Of a stretch of DNA of 64,000 nt, positions 9,625 to 17,496 are shown one piece after another; the stretch's first letter is position 1; each line of letters starts with the position of its first letter. The DNA is taken from the IMG/VR virus record IMGVR_UViG_2773857985_000001, positions 17,890 to 81,889 of that record; one strand, 5' to 3'. Under the pieces are notes generated by a model. That model was not told where the DNA came from. It was given only the letters and a program-made list of their open reading frames with translations, and ran no database searches. The translations under genes were made by a program, and so were the position numbers. Source of the stretch: a virus. Its lineage: Duplodnaviria > Caudoviricetes.

Positions 9625-10042
9625 GGTACGAGTCCAGCGGGCTCACCGACGCCAACTGAGGGCCAGCGGGCTTCTTCCGCTCCAGCTCCATACGAGCCCG
9701 GCGGCGATCGCCCTCGGTCGTCAGCAGCGACGACATCACCGAGTTCAGTGCGGCTACCAGCTGGCCGTTCGGCCCGCGCTCTGACTGCAGCACCTTCGAC
9801 ATCAGGTCGGCTGCATACCGGGCGACCGCCCAGTCCGACGGCTCGTAGAACGCGGCCTGCCCCGACTCTCTGAGCGAGAGGTACCAGTCCGCGGCGATCG
9901 GATGCCACAGCGGGTCTGCGCCGGGCAGGTCCGGCAGGTCGCTGGGGGCTCCAGAGGGGGCTTGGATCAGTTCGGGCCCGTCGTCCTTGTTGCGGCGACG
10001 ACGTTCCTCGGAACGCTTCGGGATAGGTCCGTGTGCGCCCAT
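9605..10042 (-). CDS. Terminase small subunit
   Basis: MGAHGPIPKRSEERRRRNK...WHPIA..WY.SL..SGQ..FYEPSDWA...TEGDRRR; GGAGG RBS. Confidence 0.92.
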   Translation of the reverse strand: MGAHGPIPKRSEERRRRNKDDGPELIQAPSGAPSDLPDLPGADPLWHPIAADWYLSLRESGQAAFYEPSDWAVARYAADLMSKVLQSERGPNGQLVAALNSVMSSLLTTEGDRRRARMELERKKPAGPQLASVSPLDSYRDIAGG

Positions 10043-10124
10043 GACGACCTCCAGGGTCAATGCACGCCACCAGGGCGCACGAAGGGCTGGAAACAACGAC
10101 GCTCGCAGGGACGCCGCCAGGGCG

Positions 10125-10760
10125 TCAGAGCGAGGCGATCAAACCGGCCGCGTCAGGCAGCTCGGCAAGCTCAAGAGGGGTACCAGGAACCCGGTCACCC
10201 ACGATCATGTAGCGGCGATCCGAGTACACCTCGACCGCCAACTCCCCGCGGCGGATCCGCCGGCCGTGCGACACCGCACCCCGGAACCACAAGTGCAGGC
10301 CTCGGCCGGAACGGCCGCGTTCCATGTACGTCGCAGGCAGCCGATCCAGGATGGCCTGCGCCCACGGCAACACCCGACCGCCCTCGACAGCGTGGTCCAG
10401 GTCTACAACGACGATCCCGTCGCCGGCCGTCAGCACGAAGCCAACACCCTCACCAGCCGACGCCCTCGCCGCCGCCGAGTAGTTCGACCACGACGACGGG
10501 TCATCCACCGAAGCGAAGCGGCCGTCGCCCCGCAGCGGCACCTTCCGCGACGAGTACCGAACCCACCGCGCCTTCGTCCGCAACTCGACCGGCACCCGCG
10601 CCACCTGCTCCGACACCACCCGCTGCCGCTCCAGACGGTGACGCTCGCGGTACGCGGCCTGCCTGCACGCCGACGAGCAGAACCGCGCATCAGCCCGAGC
10701 CGTCAACGGCATCGGACCCACGCAGCGCTCGCACTCAGTGCGGCAGGTCGTCGAGGTCAT
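10125..10760 (-). CDS. Stand-alone AEP/Prim-Pol primase domain with N-terminal Zn ribbon
   Basis: CxxC...FCSSACRQAAYR; DLDH (DxD), SGRGLHLW, EVYSDRRY motifs. Confidence 0.8.
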   Translation of the reverse strand: MTSTTCRTECERCVGPMPLTARADARFCSSACRQAAYRERHRLERQRVVSEQVARVPVELRTKARWVRYSSRKVPLRGDGRFASVDDPSSWSNYSAAARASAGEGVGFVLTAGDGIVVVDLDHAVEGGRVLPWAQAILDRLPATYMERGRSGRGLHLWFRGAVSHGRRIRRGELAVEVYSDRRYMIVGDRVPGTPLELAELPDAAGLIASL

Positions 10761-10859
10761 GACCCCAGTCTAGCGCCACCGCGTTACGGCTACAGGCTCT
10801 CCACCTGCACCGTTACCGTTCCGTGCCGCACATGCGGCACGCCCCGCCGACAGGCCGGC

Positions 10860-11120
10860 CTGCATCACCGCAGGTCAGGGACCTAGGGAACCCGTACAGA
10901 TCCAGGCGAGCTACACGGCCCCGATCCGGAATGATCACCGGGAGGGGTGATCACCCCCAGGTTGGATCATGGTTGGCGTGATCTTGAAACGCCCTTTTTG
11001 ATCATGAGATTTGGAGGCTTGGTGATCTTGCCATCCTTGATCCACAGGGCTCTGATCGGCTCGCATCGATCTTGGTCCTGTCGCCGTTCGCGATCACCAT
11101 CACGACGCTGACGATCACCG
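10860..11120. other. Putative packaging initiation (cos/pac) region
   Basis: Non-coding, between HNH and terminase; GGGGTGATCACCCC palindrome at 10944-10957; 13 GATC in 218 bp. Confidence 0.5.
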
Positions 11121-11210
11121 TGACCGCGTCACCACGCCTCACCCCGTGGCCGCCTGCCCTACCCCGTCGGCCGCGCCCTGGTGGGCTGGCACCGTCCGGT
11201 GGGCAGCCGG

Positions 11211-11378
11211 CTACCGGAGCGCGTGCTCCCGGCCGTCGAGGGAGTGGTGCACCAGCAGCCAGCCGACCGACCCGCCGGCCTGGAGGGCTGGTCTGGTCTC
11301 CGGTCCGCACACGCACTCGGCGGTGCTGGTGTCGTGGTCGGCCTGGTCGCCGATCGGGGTGACGTGGAGTGTGGTCAC
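11211..11378 (-). CDS. Small hypothetical protein
   Basis: GTGA overlap; HVTPIGD..H....CVCGP...VHHSLDGRE. Confidence 0.6.
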   Translation of the reverse strand: MTTLHVTPIGDQADHDTSTAECVCGPETRPALQAGGSVGWLLVHHSLDGREHALR

Positions 11379-11608
11379 CGTCGTCGGCCGACGTTGCGCC
11401 GGTCGCCCGGCCAGACCCCGGTGCGTTCGAAGTGGAGGCGGGCGCAGTACGCCTTGGCTCGCGGACCAAGGTACTTCGCCAGCTGACGTGAACACCTTCG
11501 GTGATCACCGGCCGTGTTCCATCTGATCTTGGCCGAGCCTGCGCCGGTGGCCCAGTACTGCTTCAGCTGGGCGGCGTTGCCGCGCCGGCCGCGTCCTTTG
11601 GATGCCAC
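11375..11608 (-). CDS. Conserved basic actinophage protein
   Basis: GNAAQLKQYW..G.G.AKIRW.T.GD..RC...L.KY...CA.LH. Confidence 0.7.
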   Translation of the reverse strand: MASKGRGRRGNAAQLKQYWATGAGSAKIRWNTAGDHRRCSRQLAKYLGPRAKAYCARLHFERTGVWPGDRRNVGRRR

Positions 11609-11614
11609 AGGTCA

Positions 11615-11839
11615 TCACTCCTTCTGCGGCGCGGGCTCCTCTGGTTCGTCTACCCGTTCGATGCGGCGGACTTGTGTGGCGGGGATGGCGATGGCGACCC
11701 GGTTCGACTGGATGAGGTCCCGGTCTTTGAAGAGGGCCCAGCCGTCGACGAACTCGACGGTGAGGTTGGGATCTTCGATGAGGGTGTCGTCGCCGTGCCG
11801 TTCGGAGTGGATGACGAGGTAGGCGGGCACGCTGCTCAC
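11615..11839 (-). CDS. Hypothetical protein
   Basis: 74-aa ORF coupled to HNH stop. Confidence 0.6.
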   Translation of the reverse strand: MSSVPAYLVIHSERHGDDTLIEDPNLTVEFVDGWALFKDRDLIQSNRVAIAIPATQVRRIERVDEPEEPAPQKE

Positions 11840-12129
11840 CTCATCCCGGGGTGCGGTTCGTCTGGCCGTCGTCGTCCGGGCCGAGGGTTGGCGCGCTGGG
11901 CGGCGTTGCCTTCACGTGACGACTTCTGATCATGGCAGGGGCCGCAGACGCCTTGTAGATCCTCGGGCCCGTTCCTGTCGGCCTTGGCCTCGATGTGATC
12001 GCAGAACCGACTGGGTCGGACCCCACACAGGACGCAGACCCGATCCCGTTCCAGGATCCGTGCGCGGATCTTGTCCCATCCGCGGGGCAGCCGGCTCTTG
12101 CGGTCCGACCCTTCCCACCCGCCGCTCAT
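11836..12129 (-). CDS. HNH endonuclease (packaging-associated)
   Basis: W..IRARILERDRVC..C...CDHI...LQGVC..CH..KS; upstream of terminase. Confidence 0.9.
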   Translation of the reverse strand: MSGGWEGSDRKSRLPRGWDKIRARILERDRVCVLCGVRPSRFCDHIEAKADRNGPEDLQGVCGPCHDQKSSREGNAAQRANPRPGRRRPDEPHPGMR

Positions 12130-12488
12130 TGCGGCTGGCGGCAGTCGTCGATGTGCTGCTTGCCGAGGGTTTGGAAGGCGAGGCTGCAGCACCAGTCGCG
12201 CCGGGGCTTGGCGCTCACCGGGTCTCCGTTGAGTTCGACGACGAGTTCCTGCTTGGTGGCGGGCGCGGCGAGGTATCCGCTGGTGTCGTTGGCGGGGATG
12301 TCGATGGTGTCTTCGAAGACGAGGACGGCGCGGGCGCCGGTGCGCGCGGCGAGGTAGTCGTCCATCAGGTCGCGTCGGAGGGCTTCGAATCCGTCCCCGT
12401 TGGCGGGCACCTGGTCGACGACGAGCAGGAACGGCGGCCGGTCGTCGCTGCTGCCTTCGGGGAGTTCGAGGATCTGCAGGCGGGCCAT
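12126..12488 (-). CDS. Hypothetical protein
   Basis: Coupled ORF; LQILELP...PPFLLVVDQ. Confidence 0.7.
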   Translation of the reverse strand: MARLQILELPEGSSDDRPPFLLVVDQVPANGDGFEALRRDLMDDYLAARTGARAVLVFEDTIDIPANDTSGYLAAPATKQELVVELNGDPVSAKPRRDWCCSLAFQTLGKQHIDDCRQPQ

Positions 12489-12676
12489 CAGTCGGTCACC
12501 GCCTGGGGCTCGTCGACGAGGACGATGCTGAGGACGTTGCCGCTGGGGACGTAGGCGACCACGCGGCCGTTGGCGTCGTGGAAGCGGTAGTCGTCTCCGT
12601 CGATGCTCTTGTCGACCTTGGCGGCGTGGACGATCTCTTCGTCGCCAGTCATGTAGTTGATCGTGTACTGGGCCAT
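12488..12676 (-). CDS. Hypothetical protein
   Basis: GGAG RBS with boundary motif; 62 aa. Confidence 0.7.
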   Translation of the reverse strand: MAQYTINYMTGDEEIVHAAKVDKSIDGDDYRFHDANGRVVAYVPSGNVLSIVLVDEPQAVTD

Positions 12677-12701
12677 GGCGCGGGCTCCTGCGGGGTGGTG
12701 G

Positions 12702-13058
12702 TCAGGTGAAGTCGTTGGTGCTGAACTCGTGTCCGTCGCTGACGAACCAGCCGTGATCGGCGCGGAATACCCCGAGGTCGGGCTGGGGTTCCATGTGGCT
12801 TCGCAGTTGTTGCCGGTCGTGGATGAGGCGGAGCAGGTCGGCGAGGCTGTGGGCGCTGCCGTACTCGTCAGTGATCACGCCGCTCATGGCGAGCTTCATC
12901 CACTCGGTGAACCCGTTGAGGGGGCCCCAGTCGGGTTGGGCTTGGAAGCTGAACCGCCAGCCTGCCGACGCCTTGCCGAGGTGGATGTGTTCGCTGGCGG
13001 AGCAGTGTTCGCAGGCGGTGGGGCAGGGCTCGGTTTGGACGTAGTAGTTGGTACCCAT
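12702..13058 (-). CDS. Conserved hypothetical phage protein
   Basis: MGTNYY...HLGKASAGWRFSFQ...ITDEYG. Confidence 0.75.
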   Translation of the reverse strand: MGTNYYVQTEPCPTACEHCSASEHIHLGKASAGWRFSFQAQPDWGPLNGFTEWMKLAMSGVITDEYGSAHSLADLLRLIHDRQQLRSHMEPQPDLGVFRADHGWFVSDGHEFSTNDFT

Positions 13059-13079
13059 TCGGCGCGGGCTCCTGTGGGG

Positions 13080-13667
13080 TCAGGGTTTCCAGCGGGGTCC
13101 GCGTAGTGCGGCGGGCACGTCGCTGGTGGTGATGGGTTTGATGCCGAGGACGTGGGCGAGGCCTCTGATTCCGGTCTGTGCGGGCGCGGTCTGCATGCGG
13201 GTGCAGGGTTCGCTGGGCTGCGGCCGGTCGAGTCCGGTGAGGGTCTCGTAGGTGAGCCCGTGGGCGTGGGCTAGGTCGAGGAGTTCGGGGCAGTCGTTGA
13301 GGTTGTCGATGTTGGGGAGTCCCCAGTCGTCCAGCCCGCAGCCTTCGCAGGCTGCCGCGTAGGTGACGCTGTCTGCCTGCCCGGGGTCGAGCCGGTGCCG
13401 GGCGAGGATGCGCCGGTCGGCTTCGCAGCGGCGCAGGATGGCGGCCACGGCCTGCACGGGCGCGGGCGTGTCGTCGCGAGCTTCGACGCCGTACTGGGCG
13501 ACGTTGAGCTGCATGCCGTCGGGGGTCTGGGTGACGCTGGTGACGATGCCGGTGATGGCGGGCCCGCCACTGTGGGGTTCGAAGACGACGCGGCGGCACT
13601 CCAGCTCCGCCTGGGCGGCGGCTTCCACGGTGTCGACTTGCTGGGTGATCCAGGCGTAGAGATCCAT
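13080..13667 (-). CDS. DUF6221-like protein
   Basis: MDLYAWITQQV...LRRCEADRRILARH...CPELLDLA. Confidence 0.65.
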   Translation of the reverse strand: MDLYAWITQQVDTVEAAAQAELECRRVVFEPHSGGPAITGIVTSVTQTPDGMQLNVAQYGVEARDDTPAPVQAVAAILRRCEADRRILARHRLDPGQADSVTYAAACEGCGLDDWGLPNIDNLNDCPELLDLAHAHGLTYETLTGLDRPQPSEPCTRMQTAPAQTGIRGLAHVLGIKPITTSDVPAALRGPRWKP

Positions 13668-13698
13668 GGCGCGGGCTCCGGGTGGGGTCAAAGATCGG

Positions 13699-13881
13699 TC
13701 AGTTCCGGCGCCGATCGGCTTCGGTCAGCAGGTGGTTGCCGACGATGGCTAGCGCCATGAGGAACACGGCGATCCCGGTGCCGACGGCGAGTTCGGCGAG
13801 TTGATCGGCAAGGCCAGCGAGGAGTACGAGCGTGAGCGGGATCAGTGCGAGCACGCACCACCCGGCGAAGCGGCGGATCAC
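13699..13881 (-). CDS. Small membrane protein (2 TM)
   Basis: GTGA overlap; two hydrophobic segments. Confidence 0.55.
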   Translation of the reverse strand: MIRRFAGWCVLALIPLTLVLLAGLADQLAELAVGTGIAVFLMALAIVGNHLLTEADRRRN

Positions 13882-14156
13882 GACGTCGCCTCCGCTCCGG
13901 CCTCGTCCTTCGGTGTCCCGAAGAAGGCGTCCATGAGGTCGCCCCACGTCTCGGCGGCTTTGTCGGCGATCTGCTGGCCGCTGGCCTTCTTCACGTAGCA
14001 GCTGATCGCTTCGGCCTGCTGGCGGACTTCGGGCGGGACGGCGTGCAGGACACCGTTCAGGCAGGTGTCGCTGTTGCCGTGCAGCTCTTCGTGCTGCTGC
14101 ATGGCGATGATCAGATTCCATGCCCAGAGGGGCAGGTCAGGGACAGGGGAAGCCAT
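13878..14156 (-). CDS. Hypothetical protein
   Basis: RBS with boundary motif; 92 aa. Confidence 0.65.
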   Translation of the reverse strand: MASPVPDLPLWAWNLIIAMQQHEELHGNSDTCLNGVLHAVPPEVRQQAEAISCYVKKASGQQIADKAAETWGDLMDAFFGTPKDEAGAEATS

Positions 14157-14177
14157 GAGCGCGGGCCTTCCGTGGGG

Positions 14178-15059
14178 TCAGACGTTGACGGCCCGTCGCA
14201 CGCCTTCTTCCAGCGTGATCGTGGGCGTGTAGTGGTCGAGCATCCGGGAGGGGTCGGATACGCGGTGGTGGACGCCTTGCGGGGCGTCGTGCCGGTGCTT
14301 GAGCGCCGGCCGGTAGCCCGCTTCGGCGCACATGATCCGGGCGAGGTCGTTGAAGCTGGTCGCCCTGCCCCAGCCGAGGTTGACGGGGCCGGTGACGTCG
14401 GCGTCGAGGAGGGCGAGGGTGGCGCCGACAAGGTCATCCACGTGGATCCAGTCGCGGGTGGAGTCGCCGGAACCCCAGATCTCGAACGGGTCCTGATGCT
14501 CGCGGGCCCGCCGGGCGAACGCCGGAAACGGGTAGCAGTTGTCCTGATCCTCGCCGTACCCGGAGAACGGGCGCGGCACGAGGATGCGGCAGCCCTCCGT
14601 CTCCGCATACCTGACGAGCTTCTCCCCGGTCAGCTTCGCCCAGCCGTAGGTGGCGTCGGGCTGCTCAGGCCGGTCCAGGTCGATGTCCTCTTCGTACAGC
14701 TTCCGCACGTCGCCGGGCTGCTGAAGCTCCACCGGGTAAGCGGCGCTGCTGGAGAAGTAGACGGCTCGCGGGGTGCCGGTGCGGACCAGCCACCGCATGT
14801 ACCAGGAGTCCAACGCCAGGTTGGTGGCGACACCGAGCGGAGAGCCGTCGATGGACGCCCGGCCGCCGACGATCGCCGCACAGTGGATCGCGAGATCCAT
14901 GTGGGTGTCGTCATAGCGGAAGAAGTCCAACGCATCCCCCGACTCCACGCCCGGCGTGGGCCGCAGGTCGAGGGCGAACACGTCATCGCCACGAGCTGCC
15001 AGCGCCTGGTGCAGGTGGCGACCGACGAAACCGGACGCGCCGGTCAGCAGGACTCGCAA
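14178..15059 (-). CDS. NAD-dependent NDP-sugar epimerase/dehydratase (extended SDR)
   Basis: TGASGFVG Rossmann motif, FSSSAAY, YGWAK (YxxxK), WGSG..TRDWIHVDD. Confidence 0.93.
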   Translation of the reverse strand: MRVLLTGASGFVGRHLHQALAARGDDVFALDLRPTPGVESGDALDFFRYDDTHMDLAIHCAAIVGGRASIDGSPLGVATNLALDSWYMRWLVRTGTPRAVYFSSSAAYPVELQQPGDVRKLYEEDIDLDRPEQPDATYGWAKLTGEKLVRYAETEGCRILVPRPFSGYGEDQDNCYPFPAFARRAREHQDPFEIWGSGDSTRDWIHVDDLVGATLALLDADVTGPVNLGWGRATSFNDLARIMCAEAGYRPALKHRHDAPQGVHHRVSDPSRMLDHYTPTITLEEGVRRAVNV

Positions 15060-15062
15060 GGC

Positions 15063-15308
15063 TCAGTCCAGATCGCCGTAGGTGGAGGGATCCTCAGCGC
15101 GCGAGAGCCGCCGGAAGGCTTCCCTGGCGTCAGCCAGCGAGGACCACGTCCCGGCGAGCTTGACGTAGTCCTCGGATGTCGTGGTGGTCTCGTCCGCCAG
15201 CAGTGCGTAGAGGCGGATGGTGCCGCCGCCTTCGTCGTTCGCCGTGACCTTGAAGAAGTGGTCGAGGTTGATGTAGTTGCCGGTCTCGTCCTCAGCCCAC
15301 AGCGCCAT
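15063..15308 (-). CDS. Hypothetical protein
   Basis: ATG 15308 after GGAAGGAG; MALWAEDETGNYINLDHF. Confidence 0.6.
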   Translation of the reverse strand: MALWAEDETGNYINLDHFFKVTANDEGGGTIRLYALLADETTTTSEDYVKLAGTWSSLADAREAFRRLSRAEDPSTYGDLD

Positions 15309-15879
15309 GGCGTCGGCTCCTTCCCACGATGATCTGCGACCAGTCCAGGCCGAGGTGTGTAGTGATCTCGAAGTACGGTTCGATGAGGGTCCGGTAACCG
15401 TCTTCGTCCCATGCCCAGGCGTGGCAGTCGCCATGATGGGCGGCCGTCTCGTGCCGGGGCGACGAGGCAACGATCCACTTCGCGTTGCGGGCGACCCACT
15501 TGACGGTGCCGTGCGGATCGGTGAGATGCTCCAGCACCTCGGTTAGCACGGCGAGTTCACCCCACCGGGGAACGTCGCGGGCGTTGAACACGTCACGCCG
15601 TTCGGCGGTGACGCCTCGCTCCGCCCAGGCGGCTTCGTTGCTGGGCTGGAAGTCGTAGCCCCAGGACGGAATGTCCTTGATGAGGCTGAGGAGTCCTCCG
15701 TCACCGCAGCCGAGGTCGACGACGGAGGCGGGCGCGATACCTCGAATGAGCCGGGCGCATCGCTTGAGGCGGGCTCGGTGGTCGGGCTGCTCGAGGTGGG
15801 GCGCACGTTCGCGGCCGCGGTGGAAGTCGAGGGTGGCCACATACGGGGTGTCGCCGTCGAACAGTTTCCATTCGGTCAC
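15292..15879 (-). CDS. Class I SAM-dependent methyltransferase
   Basis: VVDLGCGDGGLL; TEVLEHL.DP. Confidence 0.88.
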   Translation of the reverse strand: MTEWKLFDGDTPYVATLDFHRGRERAPHLEQPDHRARLKRCARLIRGIAPASVVDLGCGDGGLLSLIKDIPSWGYDFQPSNEAAWAERGVTAERRDVFNARDVPRWGELAVLTEVLEHLTDPHGTVKWVARNAKWIVASSPRHETAAHHGDCHAWAWDEDGYRTLIEPYFEITTHLGLDWSQIIVGRSRRHGAVG

Positions 15880-16475
15880 GACGCCACCTTCACGGCCCGG
15901 TAGACGCCCCACGGCAGCCCGCTGTCGACGGCCTCCAGTCCGATCTCGGCGCACGCGTCGGCCTGCTGCTGCCGGGACCAGGTGGTGACGCCGATCCACG
16001 AGTCGGCTTCGGCCGGCTGGCCGGAGACAGGCCAGTCGAGGATCAGGATGCCGCCGAGCTTGGTCGCCGCGCGAAGCCGGCTGATGATGTGCAGGCAGTC
16101 CGTGTAGCTGTGGTGGATGAGGACGGCCAGCGCGTACACGGCGTCCATGCGGCGGCGGCCGAGGTGCGAGGCCATACCGTCGGCGTCCGCTTGCACGGTG
16201 GTGACGTCCGGGGTGCGTTCAGTGATCCGGTCGAGCATCCGTTGTGACGAGTCGACAGCCGTGACCTCGTAGCCGAGTGCGGCCATCGGGATGGCGACCC
16301 GCCCATCACCGCAGCCGAAGTCCATGACCTTCGCCCCGTCGGGGACGACGCCGGCGAGCATGTCGGCCTGCACCTTCCCGGACTCCCAGTACGCCTCTTC
16401 GGAGACCTGCCGCAGCGGGTGGATCGCGGTCGGGTCGGCTCGGTCCCACGCTTGGATGACGGCTTCGGCGGTCAC
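15876..16475 (-). CDS. Class I SAM-dependent methyltransferase
   Basis: VMDFGCGDGRV; AVDSS..ML; DAVYALAVLIH; GGILILD. Confidence 0.88.
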   Translation of the reverse strand: MTAEAVIQAWDRADPTAIHPLRQVSEEAYWESGKVQADMLAGVVPDGAKVMDFGCGDGRVAIPMAALGYEVTAVDSSQRMLDRITERTPDVTTVQADADGMASHLGRRRMDAVYALAVLIHHSYTDCLHIISRLRAATKLGGILILDWPVSGQPAEADSWIGVTTWSRQQQADACAEIGLEAVDSGLPWGVYRAVKVAS

Positions 16476-17182
16476 GATGCCTCCTCGACGAGCTTCCGCA
16501 GCTTGGCCAGGTCGGCTTCCAACCCGCCGGCATCGCGGTACTCGTAGTAGGCGGCCGTGTCGGCGGACACCTGCTGCTCGCTGTTGCACTCCTCGTACAC
16601 GGCATCCAGCTCGGCCTTCGACGCGGCCGGGTGCAGGTGCTCGATCACCATGTCGTCGAGGTAGGTGATCCGCTGCATGCCACGGCCCCATTCGACCCAC
16701 ACCAGGTCTACACAGAGATGCACCATGGCCGGGGGCGCCATGTAGCCAAGGGCGGTGACGATGTCGCTGGTCATGGCGACGGCGGTGGCCATCTTCTCGC
16801 CCTGCAGCAGGTCGTTGCCGTAGACGATGCCGGGCCCACCGGACAGGCACTCCCGGATGCGGGCATCCCACGGCATCGCCGCCGGGCGCGGGCGGTGGTC
16901 GTCGCCCATGAACGCCAGGAACCGGTAGGAGCCGGCTGCCTTCACGGCCTGCTGGTTGAGGGTGCCGACGAGGCGCCGCCGCTTGCTGAACGTGAACCGC
17001 GCCCGCCCGTCCGCCTTGTAGGCGGCAGCCTGCTTCTTGTACGCGGCCAGCTCGGGGTCGTCGGTGTCGACGGCGAACAGGACGTGCGCGGTAGCGCCGG
17101 TCTCGTCCCACGCGGCCATGATCTCGGGCACGGTGTGGGGTCGGCCTCGGGTCGGGATGATGACGAGCAGGTCGTCGGCCAT
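16472..17182 (-). CDS. Glycosyltransferase, GT-A fold (family 2-like)
   Basis: LLVIIPTRGRP; FMGDDH; VYGND; IEHLHP. Confidence 0.85.
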   Translation of the reverse strand: MADDLLVIIPTRGRPHTVPEIMAAWDETGATAHVLFAVDTDDPELAAYKKQAAAYKADGRARFTFSKRRRLVGTLNQQAVKAAGSYRFLAFMGDDHRPRPAAMPWDARIRECLSGGPGIVYGNDLLQGEKMATAVAMTSDIVTALGYMAPPAMVHLCVDLVWVEWGRGMQRITYLDDMVIEHLHPAASKAELDAVYEECNSEQQVSADTAAYYEYRDAGGLEADLAKLRKLVEEAS

Positions 17183-17196
17183 GGCGCGGGCGCTTC

Positions 17197-17496
17197 CTAG
17201 TAGACGGTGAGTGTTCCGGCCCGGTAGACCGGGGTTTCGAGCCCGGCAGCCCAGGTGAGCCACACCCGGTACTCGCCCGGGTCCAGGCTCGTGACCCCGC
17301 CGTTGGGGCCGAGCAGGATGCGGGCGTGCGGGCTGGCCCACTCCCCCGTCCACCAGTCCTCGGCGGCCGGGTTGCCTGCGGCCGAGGTGGGCTGGAACGC
17401 GAACTGCGGCGGCGCGGCGGGGCTGATCGTGCTGCCGCCGGCGGCGCTGACGGCGGTGACCCGCACGTATTCGGTGCTCGATGCGGCTATCTCCAC
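17197..17496 (-). CDS. Small beta-rich virion-type protein
   Basis: STEYVRV...ARILLGP.GG...L.PGEYRVW....AG.E.PV; resembles small actinophage tail-associated proteins. Confidence 0.6.
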   Translation of the reverse strand: MEIAASSTEYVRVTAVSAAGGSTISPAAPPQFAFQPTSAAGNPAAEDWWTGEWASPHARILLGPNGGVTSLDPGEYRVWLTWAAGLETPVYRAGTLTVY

